Shown here piece after piece: positions 54,121 to 64,000 of a stretch of DNA of 64,000 nt. The first letter of the stretch is position 1; each line of letters opens with the position of its first letter. Under the pieces are notes generated by a model, which was not told where the DNA came from, ran no database searches, and saw only the letters and a list, made by a program, of their open reading frames with translations. A program made the position numbers and the translations under genes. Source of the stretch: Eledone cirrhosa (taxonomy: Eukaryota); the NCBI GenBank assembly GCA_964016885.1, contig OZ024740.1, positions 169,384,001-169,448,000 of the forward strand, in the 5' to 3' direction.

Positions 54121-55990
54121 AGTTGCATTTATCTTGCTTTATGTTCATACGAGTTATCACCAAGTCACAACCAGTGACCTCAAGAGACAACAAGGTCCGC
54201 CATGTTCAAGAAAGAACATACATATTCACACATGCATCTTTAGTGTTTAGACTTGTGATGTACTTATATTGACAGAATCTTCCTTAGTATATGGGCAGTT
54301 CCCATTAGTACTATCTTTTGTATTTCTCCTATACGCGGGTTTCCTAGGATTTGCGATAAGTAATCATTAGACCCCTTAGGTATCATTCCCAGAGTGCCTA
54401 CAACCACTGGTATTGTTTTAGTTCTCAATTCCCACATTTTTCCAATTTCTATCTCCAGGTCCTTATACTTGCTCAATTTTTCAAATGTTTTTATAGATTG
54501 TTAATTGATATGTCTATTGGAACGGACATATCAATTAGCAGGCATACCCTCTTTTTAAATCCTTCAATATTATATCAGGTCTATTTGCATCTATTTTTCG
54601 GTCTGTTTGGATGCTAAAGTTCCACAAGATTGAGATGTGATTTTTTTCAAGTATGGGAGGTGGTTGATGCTCCCACCAATTCTTTTGATGGTGCAGGTCA
54701 AAATGCTTACACATTATCCAATGTATGTATTGTGAAGCTCTGTCATGCCTGTTTAGGTATTCGGTTGGAGCTATAGAACTACACATCGAAATTATAGGGT
54801 CAATGGTCTCTGGTTGTTTTTTGCATACACGGCATAATGGGCTGCATCCATTTTTTATTATGTTGGCTTGGTAATTTTTTGTTGGCAGACACTGATCTTG
54901 TGCTGATATAATCAGTCCTTCAGTCTCCGATTTCAGTCCAGAGGATGCTAACCACTGATGGGTTAAAGTTTTGTCAACATCAGGATTTGGATGCTAAAGT
55001 TCCAGAAGATTGAGATGTGATTTTTTTCAAGTATGGGAGGTGGTTGATGCTCCCACCAATTCTTTTGATGGGGCAGGTCAAAATGCTTACACATTATCCA
55101 ATGTATGTATTGTGCAGCTCTGTCATGCCTGTTTAGGTATTCGGTTGGAGCTATAGGACTGCACATTGAAATTATAGGGTCAATGGTCTCTGGTTGTTTT
55201 TTGCATACACGGCATAATGGGCTGCATCCATTTTTTATTATGTTGGCTTGGTAATTTTTTGTTGGCAGACATTGATCTTGTGCTGATATAATCAGTCCTT
55301 CAGTCTCCGATTTCAGTCCAGAGGATGCCAACCACTGATGGGTTAAAGTTTTGTCAACATCAGGATTGTTAGCTCGCTCTGGGTATTTTCCATACAGAGG
55401 CTTTTCTTGCCATTTCTTAGCCAGTTTCTGTAGCAGTTCTTTCTTTGCAGTTACTTTTACCTGCTTTGCTTTTTCTGTGTTTTCCATTTCAGCAGTAAAT
55501 GGGACTTCTGAAATTTGTAGTCCATTACTGTATCTTTGTGCATCTTTTGTAATGGAATATGATCTTTTGATGATTTCGTGTTTCAAAACGAGTTTGATCA
55601 TCCAATCATGTGATTCCCTTAGATATGTAGATAATCCAATTGTTGCAGTTTTCAACGCAATGTCTAACTGGATTAACCCACGTCCTCCTTCTTTCCTAGG
55701 GAGATATATTCTATCTATATCTGCCTTAGGGTGATGCATTCTGTGCATGGTTAAGAATTTTCGAATTTTTGTATCGAGCCTACGGATCTCTGTGCTTGAC
55801 CAGTTGATGACATTGTAACTGTAGGTTACTACTGGTATGGCAAGCGTGTTTATGGCATCGATCCTATTCCTTGCATTCAATTCCGTTCTTAAGATTGCTC
55901 TTACTCTGCGGTAACATTCCTTCCTTATCCTTTCCCTCATTGTCGAGTGCTTGATTCCGTCTCCTTCACAAACACCTAGATATTTGTAAG
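54119..55990 (-). mobile_element. 5'-truncated R4/Dong-like element, family A, copy 2 (internal ~380-bp tandem duplication)
   Basis: Same 3' UTR as copy 1; about 54607-54985 repeated at 54986-55364. Confidence 0.93.
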
Positions 55991-56025
55991 TAATTATTAT
56001 TATTATTATTATTGTTATTGTTATT

Positions 56026-59000
56026 CCTTGAATCTCAGTCATTGATGTTGGTTAACTGGAAAGTCCGTTGGATTGAATATCAAGCCACTACCTGCAGCCT
56101 CAGATATTCAGGACGTATCGGAGGGTTCTTGCCGTTCCAAGCAAGCATGCCTTTTGAAGCGTTCCAAAAAGCGTGAAGGGGCCGATTTTCTTTAACCATC
56201 CCTGGAAACCTTTGGAGATAGTCCCCAGTGCGCCTATGACAATCGGGATCACTTTGACTTCATGGCAGTTCCAAATCCTTTTCACCTCCCACTTTAGGTC
56301 CTGGTATCGGTTAATTTTCTCCCTCTCCTTCTCTTGCACTCTCGTGTCGAACGGGCAGGCCACATCCACAATCAGGCACGATCTTTTTTCTTTGTCCACA
56401 ACCACCAGGTCAGGTCTATTGTGTTCCAGTTTTTTGTCCGTCTGTATCCTAAAATCCCACAGCACCTTCACCTGACTGTTCTCCATCACCGCCTCTGGCC
56501 TATGCTCATACCATTTCTCAGAATGTGGTATATTGTTTACTTTGCACAGGTGCCAGTGGATCACCCTGCCCATCACATCGTGTCTCCAGCCCTTATAGTG
56601 GGTCTGGGCTAGGTGTTTACACTCGGACACAATGTGAGCCACAGTCTCCTCTCTCTCTCCACAGATCCTGCACAGTGGGCTAGCCTCCTCCTTGTAGATA
56701 TGGTGCTTCAACCACTTCGTTTTGAGGGCCTGCTCCTGCGCAGCCATTAGCATTCCTTCTGTAGCCTTTTTGAGGTCTCCTCTTCTCAACCAGTTCCATG
56801 TCTGTGGATCTCTAAATTCAGTTTTCTCAAAGAAGGTACTATGAAGGGATTTTCCCTTAAGGCTGCTCTTCCTCCTTGATGTTATTTCCTCCTTGGGTAT
56901 CCCCTGGCCTACTGTCCCCTCCTTCAGTACAGCTCTGAGCATTGGCTCCTTACTATAGGTCACGTATTTGTATAGGTTGTTTTTCTCCATCTGAACACAG
57001 TCCTCTATGCTGATAAGACCTCTTCCACCCTCAGATCTCCTTAGGTAGAGTCTATCGACATCACTCCTCTTGTGGAACATGTTGTAGATAGTCAATAGCT
57101 TCCTAGTCTTCCTATCCATTTCTTTTTGTTCAGCAACATTCCATCTCAGAATTCCCGCACTGTACCTAATAATAGACACAGCTCGGGAATTTACTGCGCT
57201 TATGGCATTTCTGCTGTTCAGATGTGACTTCAATACGCTCCTTACTCTCCGAATGTATTCAGTTCTTAACAATTCCTTCATTTTTTTGTTCTTTATGCCA
57301 TCAGCCTCCAGAACGCCCAAATACTTGTATCCTTCCTCAGAGTCAATTTCCTTTATCATCTCACCTGTTGGTATCTGGATCCCGTTACTTCTGCTCAACC
57401 TACCCCTCCTCATCACAATGACTCCACATTTACCAATACCAAACTGCATACATATATCACTGCTGAAAATACGGACAGTGTCAACAAGCACATCCAACTC
57501 CTTCTCACTTTTCCCGAAGAGCTTAAGATCGTCCATGAAGAGGAGGTGATTGATGGTAAGCGCTCCCCTTCCCAACTTGTATCCTGCTCTCACTTTTCGC
57601 AGCATAATGGTCAAGGGCATCAGGGCAAGGACAAACAACAGAGGGGACAGGCTATCTCCCTGGAAGATACCTCTCTTGATCTTCACGCTTCCCAAGGATA
57701 CTCCAGTTGATGTCAACTCTGTCTCCCAGGACCCCATACTCCTGCCCAGCAACTGTCTGATGTTATCTGCCACCCTGAAGATCTCCAGGCTTTTGGTGAT
57801 CCAGGAATGAGGCACCATGTCAAATGCCTTTCTGTAGTCTATCCATCCCATGGCAAGATCAGTGTGTCTCCTCCTGCAATTCCCCATTACCATCTTATCA
57901 ATAAGCAACTGGTCCTTTGTACCACGTGACTTCTTTCGGCATCCTTTCTGTTCGTCCGGCAACAAGTTGTTTGTGTGGAGGTGATGGTAGATTTCCTCAG
58001 ACACAATGCTCGTCAACAGTTTCCACATTACGGGCAGACATGTGATAGGTCTATAGTTGGTAACATCATTACCCTTGATTCGGTCTTTCATTATCAGAAC
58101 TGTGGTACCTTTTGTCAACCACTCTGGCACCTCACCCGACACCAAGCAGTCATTGAACATGGCCGTCAGCTTCGGGTGGAGGGATGTTAAATGTTTAATC
58201 CAATACCCCTGCACACCATCTGGGCCTGGTGATTTCCAGTTGGTTAGTTTTTTGGCTTGCCCCTTAAGAGTTTCAACTGTGATACTCAAATCAGTCTGTT
58301 GCTGTGCCTGCTCACCGATCTCCCTCTGTACTGTCTCAATCCACCCTGCCTGGGCATTGTGTCTAACATCCTGCTCCCATATTCCTCTCCAGAATGTTTT
58401 AGCTTGTTCCGCCCCAGGGATCAAGTCGGTGCCTCTTTCTTTCCCCTCAAGTTGTCCAAACAGCATCTTCTGGTTGTTGTCGAACATGCGGTTCTGTTTA
58501 TACTGACTGACTCTGTTCTCGTATCGCCTGATTTTGGCACTCTTTGCTACAATGCGTTGCTTCAATTCCTCTATGATAATATTTAGCTTTTTACTCCTAG
58601 TTTTGTATTTTATTTCCAGTCTATTTTTAGTGCCTATGTTTTTTAGTGTCCCATTCAGTAGTGACTCAAGCTTTCCTATGTCATTTCTCATTTCCCCGAT
58701 TTGCCCACTCAGTCGCTTCTTCCACCACGGCTCTGCTCTTTCTTGTCTGTTGTTTCCTCTCGCTTTTATACCAAGTAGTTTCCTCACCGTATTTGCTGTT
58801 GCTTTGAGGATATTGTTGCACTGGTGAAGACTCCTCGCCTCAAGGTATGGGATGACTTTGTTTACCTTAGCTGTTGTTTCTTTTAACTTTTTCCTGTCTA
58901 CAAATCTTAGGTTCATAGGTCTCCCACTATCATTGTTCAACTCATCTACCACTAAATTTAGGATGTCAACCGAATCTTGTCCTAGCCCGTCAGCATTCAT

Positions 59001-60556
59001 CTCCTCAGTGGCCGTATCTCTGTTCCAGGTATTATTTATCTCAGTATTCAGATCATTGTCTGCTTCGGGTGGTTCCTCCGCTCTCAGGACCTCCTCACCT
59101 TCATTTCCCGCCGGCTCGCTTGTCTTGCATACTACACCCGCCATCTCCAAGCCATTCTCTCTGCTCAGTTCCTCCAGTTCCAGCTCGCTTATCCACCCAT
59201 TAGTTCTTATTACCCGAGCCTGCCCGGCCAATTTTTGTTCATCTAATTTAAATAAACCAATCTCGTTCCAGATGTTATGCATCCGTCTCCTGTAGCCCCT
59301 CTCCTTGGGGTTACTTTTCAGGTAGCATTGCATAACAGTTCTATTCAATTCTTTCGTCCAGTTGGTTCTGGCCCCTTTCCTTCTTCTTCTTCCTCCAACA
59401 TCAGCAGTATTCCGTTGACAGTCAGGTTCCTGCTGCTGAGCCAGGGGGCACCTGTTGGGTGAGAGTCTGTCACATGACGTTCTAGTCTCCATTTCACCGT
59501 TATTCGAACTGTTTATGTTCGATATTTAAACACTCTTATCGAGGATTGGCGAATGTATGTTTACATAGCCATCTGTGGATCCGCCATCCCACTTGGCCCT
59601 TGTGTGGCATTATCACCACGCTGTATACGGACACACATAAACAAACAAACACACGGGCAGAAAGGGCCCCAAAAATGAATAAGCATAAGTTTCATTGTAA
59701 TGTAGTATTCGAATGTCTGACTTAGTTTTTGTTTTTTAAGTTTTACTTTTTCCCCCCTCTTCTCTGTCCGTCCGCCTGCTTCTCTCTTCATTCTTATTTT
59801 CTTTACGTTTTTGGGGTTTCTTTTTTTGTTTTTGTTTTTCTCTGTTTTTCTCGTTTTTTACTGTTGTTGCTGTGCTGCTTTTGTTGTTTGTTTTTTCTTT
59901 TTTCTTTTGAGTCTATCTATATATTTTGATGCCTTCCTCTTTGTTAGTAGTAGGAATTCTATAATGTGGAAGTGGTAGCCAGCAGAGACTGGCGGCGTTG
60001 GCGATACTGAGACAGTGGTGGTGGTGATGTCGATACCGAGGCAGTGGTGGCGGTGATGCGACCGTATTACTGTAGTGATGGTGCTGTAGCGGTGGCAGCA
60101 GCAGTGAAGGAGTCAGGGGGTGGTGGCGGCGGTGATGGGATAGTGGTGGTAATGATGGCCGTAGTGAGCGGTGGCGGTGAAGGTGAAAATGCTGTTGTGT
60201 TTAGTGTACACAGATGATGGGGTGAGTGGTGTATCTAGTTTCTGGTGTTGGTGAGTTTCGCTGTCCTATATAGTGTAGCCAGAGGAGAGGAGGGGGGGGG
60301 GGGGGTTCTTCTTCTTCCATTTATAGCCATTTTATTTTTTTTTTGGATATACAGTGTACAATACAAAGTTGAATATTTGAATATTTGAGCCTTATAACAA
60401 TATATTTTGGGTCCGAATTTTTTGGGGCTCAAGCCGGGTGCTTTACGTAGCATTTGTACTAAGAGTTGTTATTTCACAAATGATTTAAATATGTTAAAAA
60501 TTCAAAACTTACGGGAGCGATTTCATGACCTCCGTCACCTCGTGCGTCTTCTTCCC
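56026..60556 (-). mobile_element. Full-length R4/Dong-like RLE non-LTR retrotransposon, family B, in (TAA)n
   Basis: Intact ORF, ~1.06-kb 5' UTR, ~75-bp 3' UTR, TAA-type repeats on both sides. Confidence 0.92.
56100..59492 (-). CDS. 1130-aa retrotransposon protein: N-terminal Myb-like domain, RT, CCHC zinc knuckle, restriction-like endonuclease
   Basis: WTKELNRTVMQCY..GYRRRM..W; GIFQGDSLSP; FMDD; CRIC..HIVSEC; RHD; RPDLVVVD..VDVACP..EK..Y; no stops. Confidence 0.96.
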   Translation of the reverse strand: METRTSCDRLSPNRCPLAQQQEPDCQRNTADVGGRRRRKGARTNWTKELNRTVMQCYLKSNPKERGYRRRMHNIWNEIGLFKLDEQKLAGQARVIRTNGWISELELEELSRENGLEMAGVVCKTSEPAGNEGEEVLRAEEPPEADNDLNTEINNTWNRDTATEEMNADGLGQDSVDILNLVVDELNNDSGRPMNLRFVDRKKLKETTAKVNKVIPYLEARSLHQCNNILKATANTVRKLLGIKARGNNRQERAEPWWKKRLSGQIGEMRNDIGKLESLLNGTLKNIGTKNRLEIKYKTRSKKLNIIIEELKQRIVAKSAKIRRYENRVSQYKQNRMFDNNQKMLFGQLEGKERGTDLIPGAEQAKTFWRGIWEQDVRHNAQAGWIETVQREIGEQAQQQTDLSITVETLKGQAKKLTNWKSPGPDGVQGYWIKHLTSLHPKLTAMFNDCLVSGEVPEWLTKGTTVLIMKDRIKGNDVTNYRPITCLPVMWKLLTSIVSEEIYHHLHTNNLLPDEQKGCRKKSRGTKDQLLIDKMVMGNCRRRHTDLAMGWIDYRKAFDMVPHSWITKSLEIFRVADNIRQLLGRSMGSWETELTSTGVSLGSVKIKRGIFQGDSLSPLLFVLALMPLTIMLRKVRAGYKLGRGALTINHLLFMDDLKLFGKSEKELDVLVDTVRIFSSDICMQFGIGKCGVIVMRRGRLSRSNGIQIPTGEMIKEIDSEEGYKYLGVLEADGIKNKKMKELLRTEYIRRVRSVLKSHLNSRNAISAVNSRAVSIIRYSAGILRWNVAEQKEMDRKTRKLLTIYNMFHKRSDVDRLYLRRSEGGRGLISIEDCVQMEKNNLYKYVTYSKEPMLRAVLKEGTVGQGIPKEEITSRRKSSLKGKSLHSTFFEKTEFRDPQTWNWLRRGDLKKATEGMLMAAQEQALKTKWLKHHIYKEEASPLCRICGEREETVAHIVSECKHLAQTHYKGWRHDVMGRVIHWHLCKVNNIPHSEKWYEHRPEAVMENSQVKVLWDFRIQTDKKLEHNRPDLVVVDKEKRSCLIVDVACPFDTRVQEKEREKINRYQDLKWEVKRIWNCHEVKVIPIVIGALGTISKGFQGWLKKIGPFTLFGTLQKACLLGTARTLRYVLNI

Positions 60557-60559
60557 TTA

Positions 60560-60618
<59 letters not shown>

Positions 60619-60619
60619 G

Positions 60620-61352
60620 TTCTTTGAGTCTCAGTCATTGATGTTAGTTAACTGGAAAGTTTGTTGAAATGTATATCAAGCCACTACCTGCAGCCTCAGA
60701 TATTCAGCACGTATCGGAGGGTTCTTGCTGTTCCCAGCAAGCATGCCTTTTGAAGCGTTCCAAAAAGCGTGAAGGGGCCAATTTTCTTTAACCATCCCTG
60801 GAAACTTTTTGAGATAGTACCTAGTGCGCCTATGACAATCGGGACCAATTTAACTTCATGGCAGTTCCAAATCCTTTTTACCTCCCACTTTAAGTCCTGG
60901 TATCGGTTAATTTTCTCCCTCTCCTTCTCTTGCACTCTCGTGTCGAATGGGCAGGCCACATCCACAATCAGGCACGATCTTTTTTCTTTGTCCACAACCA
61001 CCAGGTCAGGTCTATTGTGTTCCAGTCTCTTGTGCGTCTGTATCCTAAAATCCCACAGCACCTTCACCTGATCGTTCTCTATCACCGCCTCTGGCTTATG
61101 CATATACCATTTCTCAGAATGTGGTAAACTGTTTACTTTGCACAGGTGCCAGTGGATCACCCTGCCCATCACATCATGTCTCCAGCCCTTATAGTGGGTC
61201 TGGGCTAGGTGTTTACACTCGGATACAATGTGAGCCACAGTCTCCTCTCTCTCTCCACAGATCCTGTACAGTGGGCTAGCCTCCTCCTTGTAAATATGGT
61301 GTTTCAACCACTTCGTTTTGAGGGCCTGCTCCTGCGCAGCCATTAACATTCC
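60620..61352 (-). mobile_element. 5'-truncated family B copy
   Basis: Near-identical to 56026-56757; TAA flanks. Confidence 0.93.
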
Positions 61353-61370
61353 TTTATTATTATTATTATT

Positions 61371-64000
61371 ACAGTTGCATTTATCTTGCTTTATGTTCAT
61401 ACGAGTTATCACCAAGTCACAACCAGTGACCTCAAGAGACAACAAGGTCCGCCATGTTCAAGAAAGAACATACATATTCACACATGCATCTTTAGTGTTT
61501 AGACTTGTGATGTACTTATATTGACAGAATCTTCCTTAGTATATGGGCAGTTCCCATTAGTACTATCTTTTGTATTTCTCCTATACGCGGGTTTCCTGGG
61601 ATTTGCGATATGTAATCATTAGACCCCTTAGGTATCATTCCCAGAGTGCCTACAACCACTGGTATTGTTTTAGTTCTCAATTTCCACATTTTTCCAATTT
61701 CTATCTCCAGGTCCTTGTACTTGCTCAATTTTTCAAATGTTTTTATAGTTACATTCTTGTCTATTGGAACAGACATATCAATTAGCAGGCATACCCTCTT
61801 TTGAAAGTCTTTCAATATTATATCAGGTCTGTTTGCATCTATTTTTCGGTCTGTTTGGATGCTAAAGTTCCACAAGATTGAGATGTGATCTTTTTCAAGT
61901 ATGGGAGGTGGTTGATGCTCCCACCAATTCTTTTGATGGGGCAGGTCAAAATGCTTACACATTATCCAATGTATGTATTGTGCAGCTCTGTCATGCCTGT
62001 TTAGGTATTCGGTTGGAGCTATAGGACTGCACATTGAAATTATATGGTCAATGGTCTCTGGTTGTTTTTTGCATACACGGCATAATGGGCTGCACCCATT
62101 TTTTATTATGTTGGCTTGGTAATTTTTTGTTGGCAGACACTGATCTTGTGCGGATATAATCAGTCCTTCAGTCTCCGATTTCAGTCCAGAGGATGCCAAC
62201 CACTGATGGGTTAAAGTTTTGTCAACATCAGGATTGTTAGCTCGCTCTGGGTATTTTCCATACAGAGGCTTTTCTTGCCATTTCTTAGCCAGTTTCTGTA
62301 GCAGTTCTTTCTTTGCAGTTACTTTTACCTGCTTTTTCTGTGTTTTCCATTTCAGCAGTAAATGGGACTTCTGAAATTTGTAGTCCATTACTGTATCTTT
62401 GTGCATCTTTTGTAATGGAATATGATCTTTTGATGATTTCGTGTTTCAAAACGAGTTTGATCATCCAATCATGTGATTCCCTTAGATATGTAGATAATCC
62501 AATTGTTGCAGTTTTCAACGCAATGTCTAACTGGATTAACCCACGTCCTCCTTCTTTCCTAGGGAGATATATTCTATCTATATCTGCTTTAGGGTGATGC
62601 ATTCTGTGCATGGTTAAGAATTTTCGAATTTTTGTATCGAGCCTACGGATCTCTGTGCTTGACCAGTTGATGACATTGTAACTGTAGGTTACTACTGGTA
62701 TGGCAAGCGTGTTTATGGCATCGATCCTATTCCTTGCATTCAATTCCGTTTTTAAGATTGCTCTCACTCTGCGGTAACATTCCTTCCTTATCCTTTCCCT
62801 CATTGTCGAGTGCTTGATTCCGTCTCCTTCACAAACACCTAGATATTTGTAAGTTTTTTCTTGATCAAGTTCTCTTATCACGTTCCCCCAATCAAGATTA
62901 ATGTCTGAACTCTTCAGCAGCTTTCCTCTGGTGAACGTTGCTTTGGCGCATTTATCTAGTCCAAACTCCATTTTAATGTCATCACTGAACTGCTTCACAG
63001 TGGATAATAGCCCTTGCAATTGTTCATCATTTTTTTGCAAATAGTTTCAGGTCATCCATGTAGAACATGTGATTAATGGTTTTGTCATAGACTTTATATC
63101 CATGTTTTGTTTCATTGAGCATTTTACTTAATGGTATAAGTGCGATGCAGAATAAAAGCGGTGATAAAGAGTCACCCTGAAAAATTCCACACTTAATATT
63201 AACTTCTCCAGCTTCCAGTGATTTTGTTTCACTATTCAAAAGGAGTGTCGTTTTCCATGTCTTCATACTGAATGACAAAAACCTCCTGACAACGGGGGAT
63301 ACTTTGAAAATCTCTAAACATTTTTCAATCCAACTGTGTGGCAAACTATCAAATGCTTTTTTATAATCTATCCAAGCAATCGATAGATTTTTGTGTCTAT
63401 TATGACAATCTTCCAGTATCATTTTGTTAACCAGAAGCTGATCCTTACAGCCATATGAGCCTCGTTTACACCCTTTCTGCTCAATGGGAAATAGGTCATT
63501 TGTTATCAGGTGGTCATATGTGTATTCAGTTAGGACTGATGTTAAAATTTTATACATTGTGGTCAAGCAAGTTATCGGTCTGTAATTTTTGGGATTGTTT
63601 GTCTTATCATTCTTCGGAAGCAGGAATGTAATGCCGTTAACTAGCCATGAAGGTATCTTTTCTGGCTCCTTAACTATTTCATTGTAAAGTTGGGCTAACA
63701 GCTCATGAAACTCTGTGAAGGCATTTATCCAAAAGTTTTGTATTTTGTCTTTTCCTGGGGATTTCCATTTGCTGGTTTTTCTTAGAGCCAAGCGCAACTG
63801 TTCAACTGTTATATTTTCCCATGTTTGTTCCTCAAGGTGAGCTGTATCTTTCATTTGTCTGTCTATCCATGGGGCATATATGTTATGAACTTTTTCTTCG
63901 GCCCAGATCTTTTCCCAGAATTCTTGCACTTCCTCCTTGGGTGGTATTGATTTAGCAGTTATTGTTGACTTACCAATTTTTCTGTAGAAGTTTCTTTGGT
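61371..64000 (-). mobile_element. Family A copy 3 (RT + RLE, frameshifted; runs off the window end)
   Basis: ORF pieces 63027-63929 (NYRPITCL, GIFQGDSLSP, YMDD), 62285-63040 and 61516-62406. Confidence 0.93.

Noticed and set aside
53222-54193. 323-aa ORF with polyN/polyK N-terminus (and a similar one at 60696-61445)
   Set aside because: Chance read-through from a neighbour's 3' UTR across the TAA repeat into a truncated RLE ORF.
59540-59620. HDV-like ribozyme in the RLE element 5' UTR (also sought in the RTE 5' UTR)
   Set aside because: I could not build convincing P1/P2/P3/L3 pairings by eye.

Overview
AT-rich, repeat-saturated eukaryotic DNA, probably from an invertebrate animal; the SINE and RTE tails resemble cephalopod repeats, which is my inference. 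No intact host gene is visible, and most long ORFs in the track are translations of (TA)n microsatellites. The window is a dense pile-up of microsatellite-targeting retroelements. (TA)n tracts hold a near full-length CR1/L2-group LINE (3544-8077, -), an RTE LINE (8189-12017, +), several Penelope-like elements (PLEs; RT + GIY-YIG) and many short PLE 'hairpin+tail' remnants carrying hammerhead ribozyme (HHR) motifs. A head-to-tail array of R4/Dong-like RLE retrotransposons sits in (TAA)n repeats (53062-64000) and includes one intact 1130-aa copy. Top observations: (1) an ORF-less, retrozyme-like element with a 621-bp period (26250-27017) whose direct repeats contain every hammerhead core element in a non-circularly permuted, pseudoknotted order; (2) a LINE whose ORF2 lacks an ATG and overlaps a CCCH-zinc-finger ORF1 in the -1 frame behind two in-frame slippery heptamers (U_UUU_UUA, A_AAA_AAC), suggesting retrovirus-like programmed frameshifting; (3) a varied set of PLE HHRs, including U3-A8 covariant cores and 80-95-nt stem II extensions. 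All RNA structures were derived by eye and need computational or experimental confirmation.
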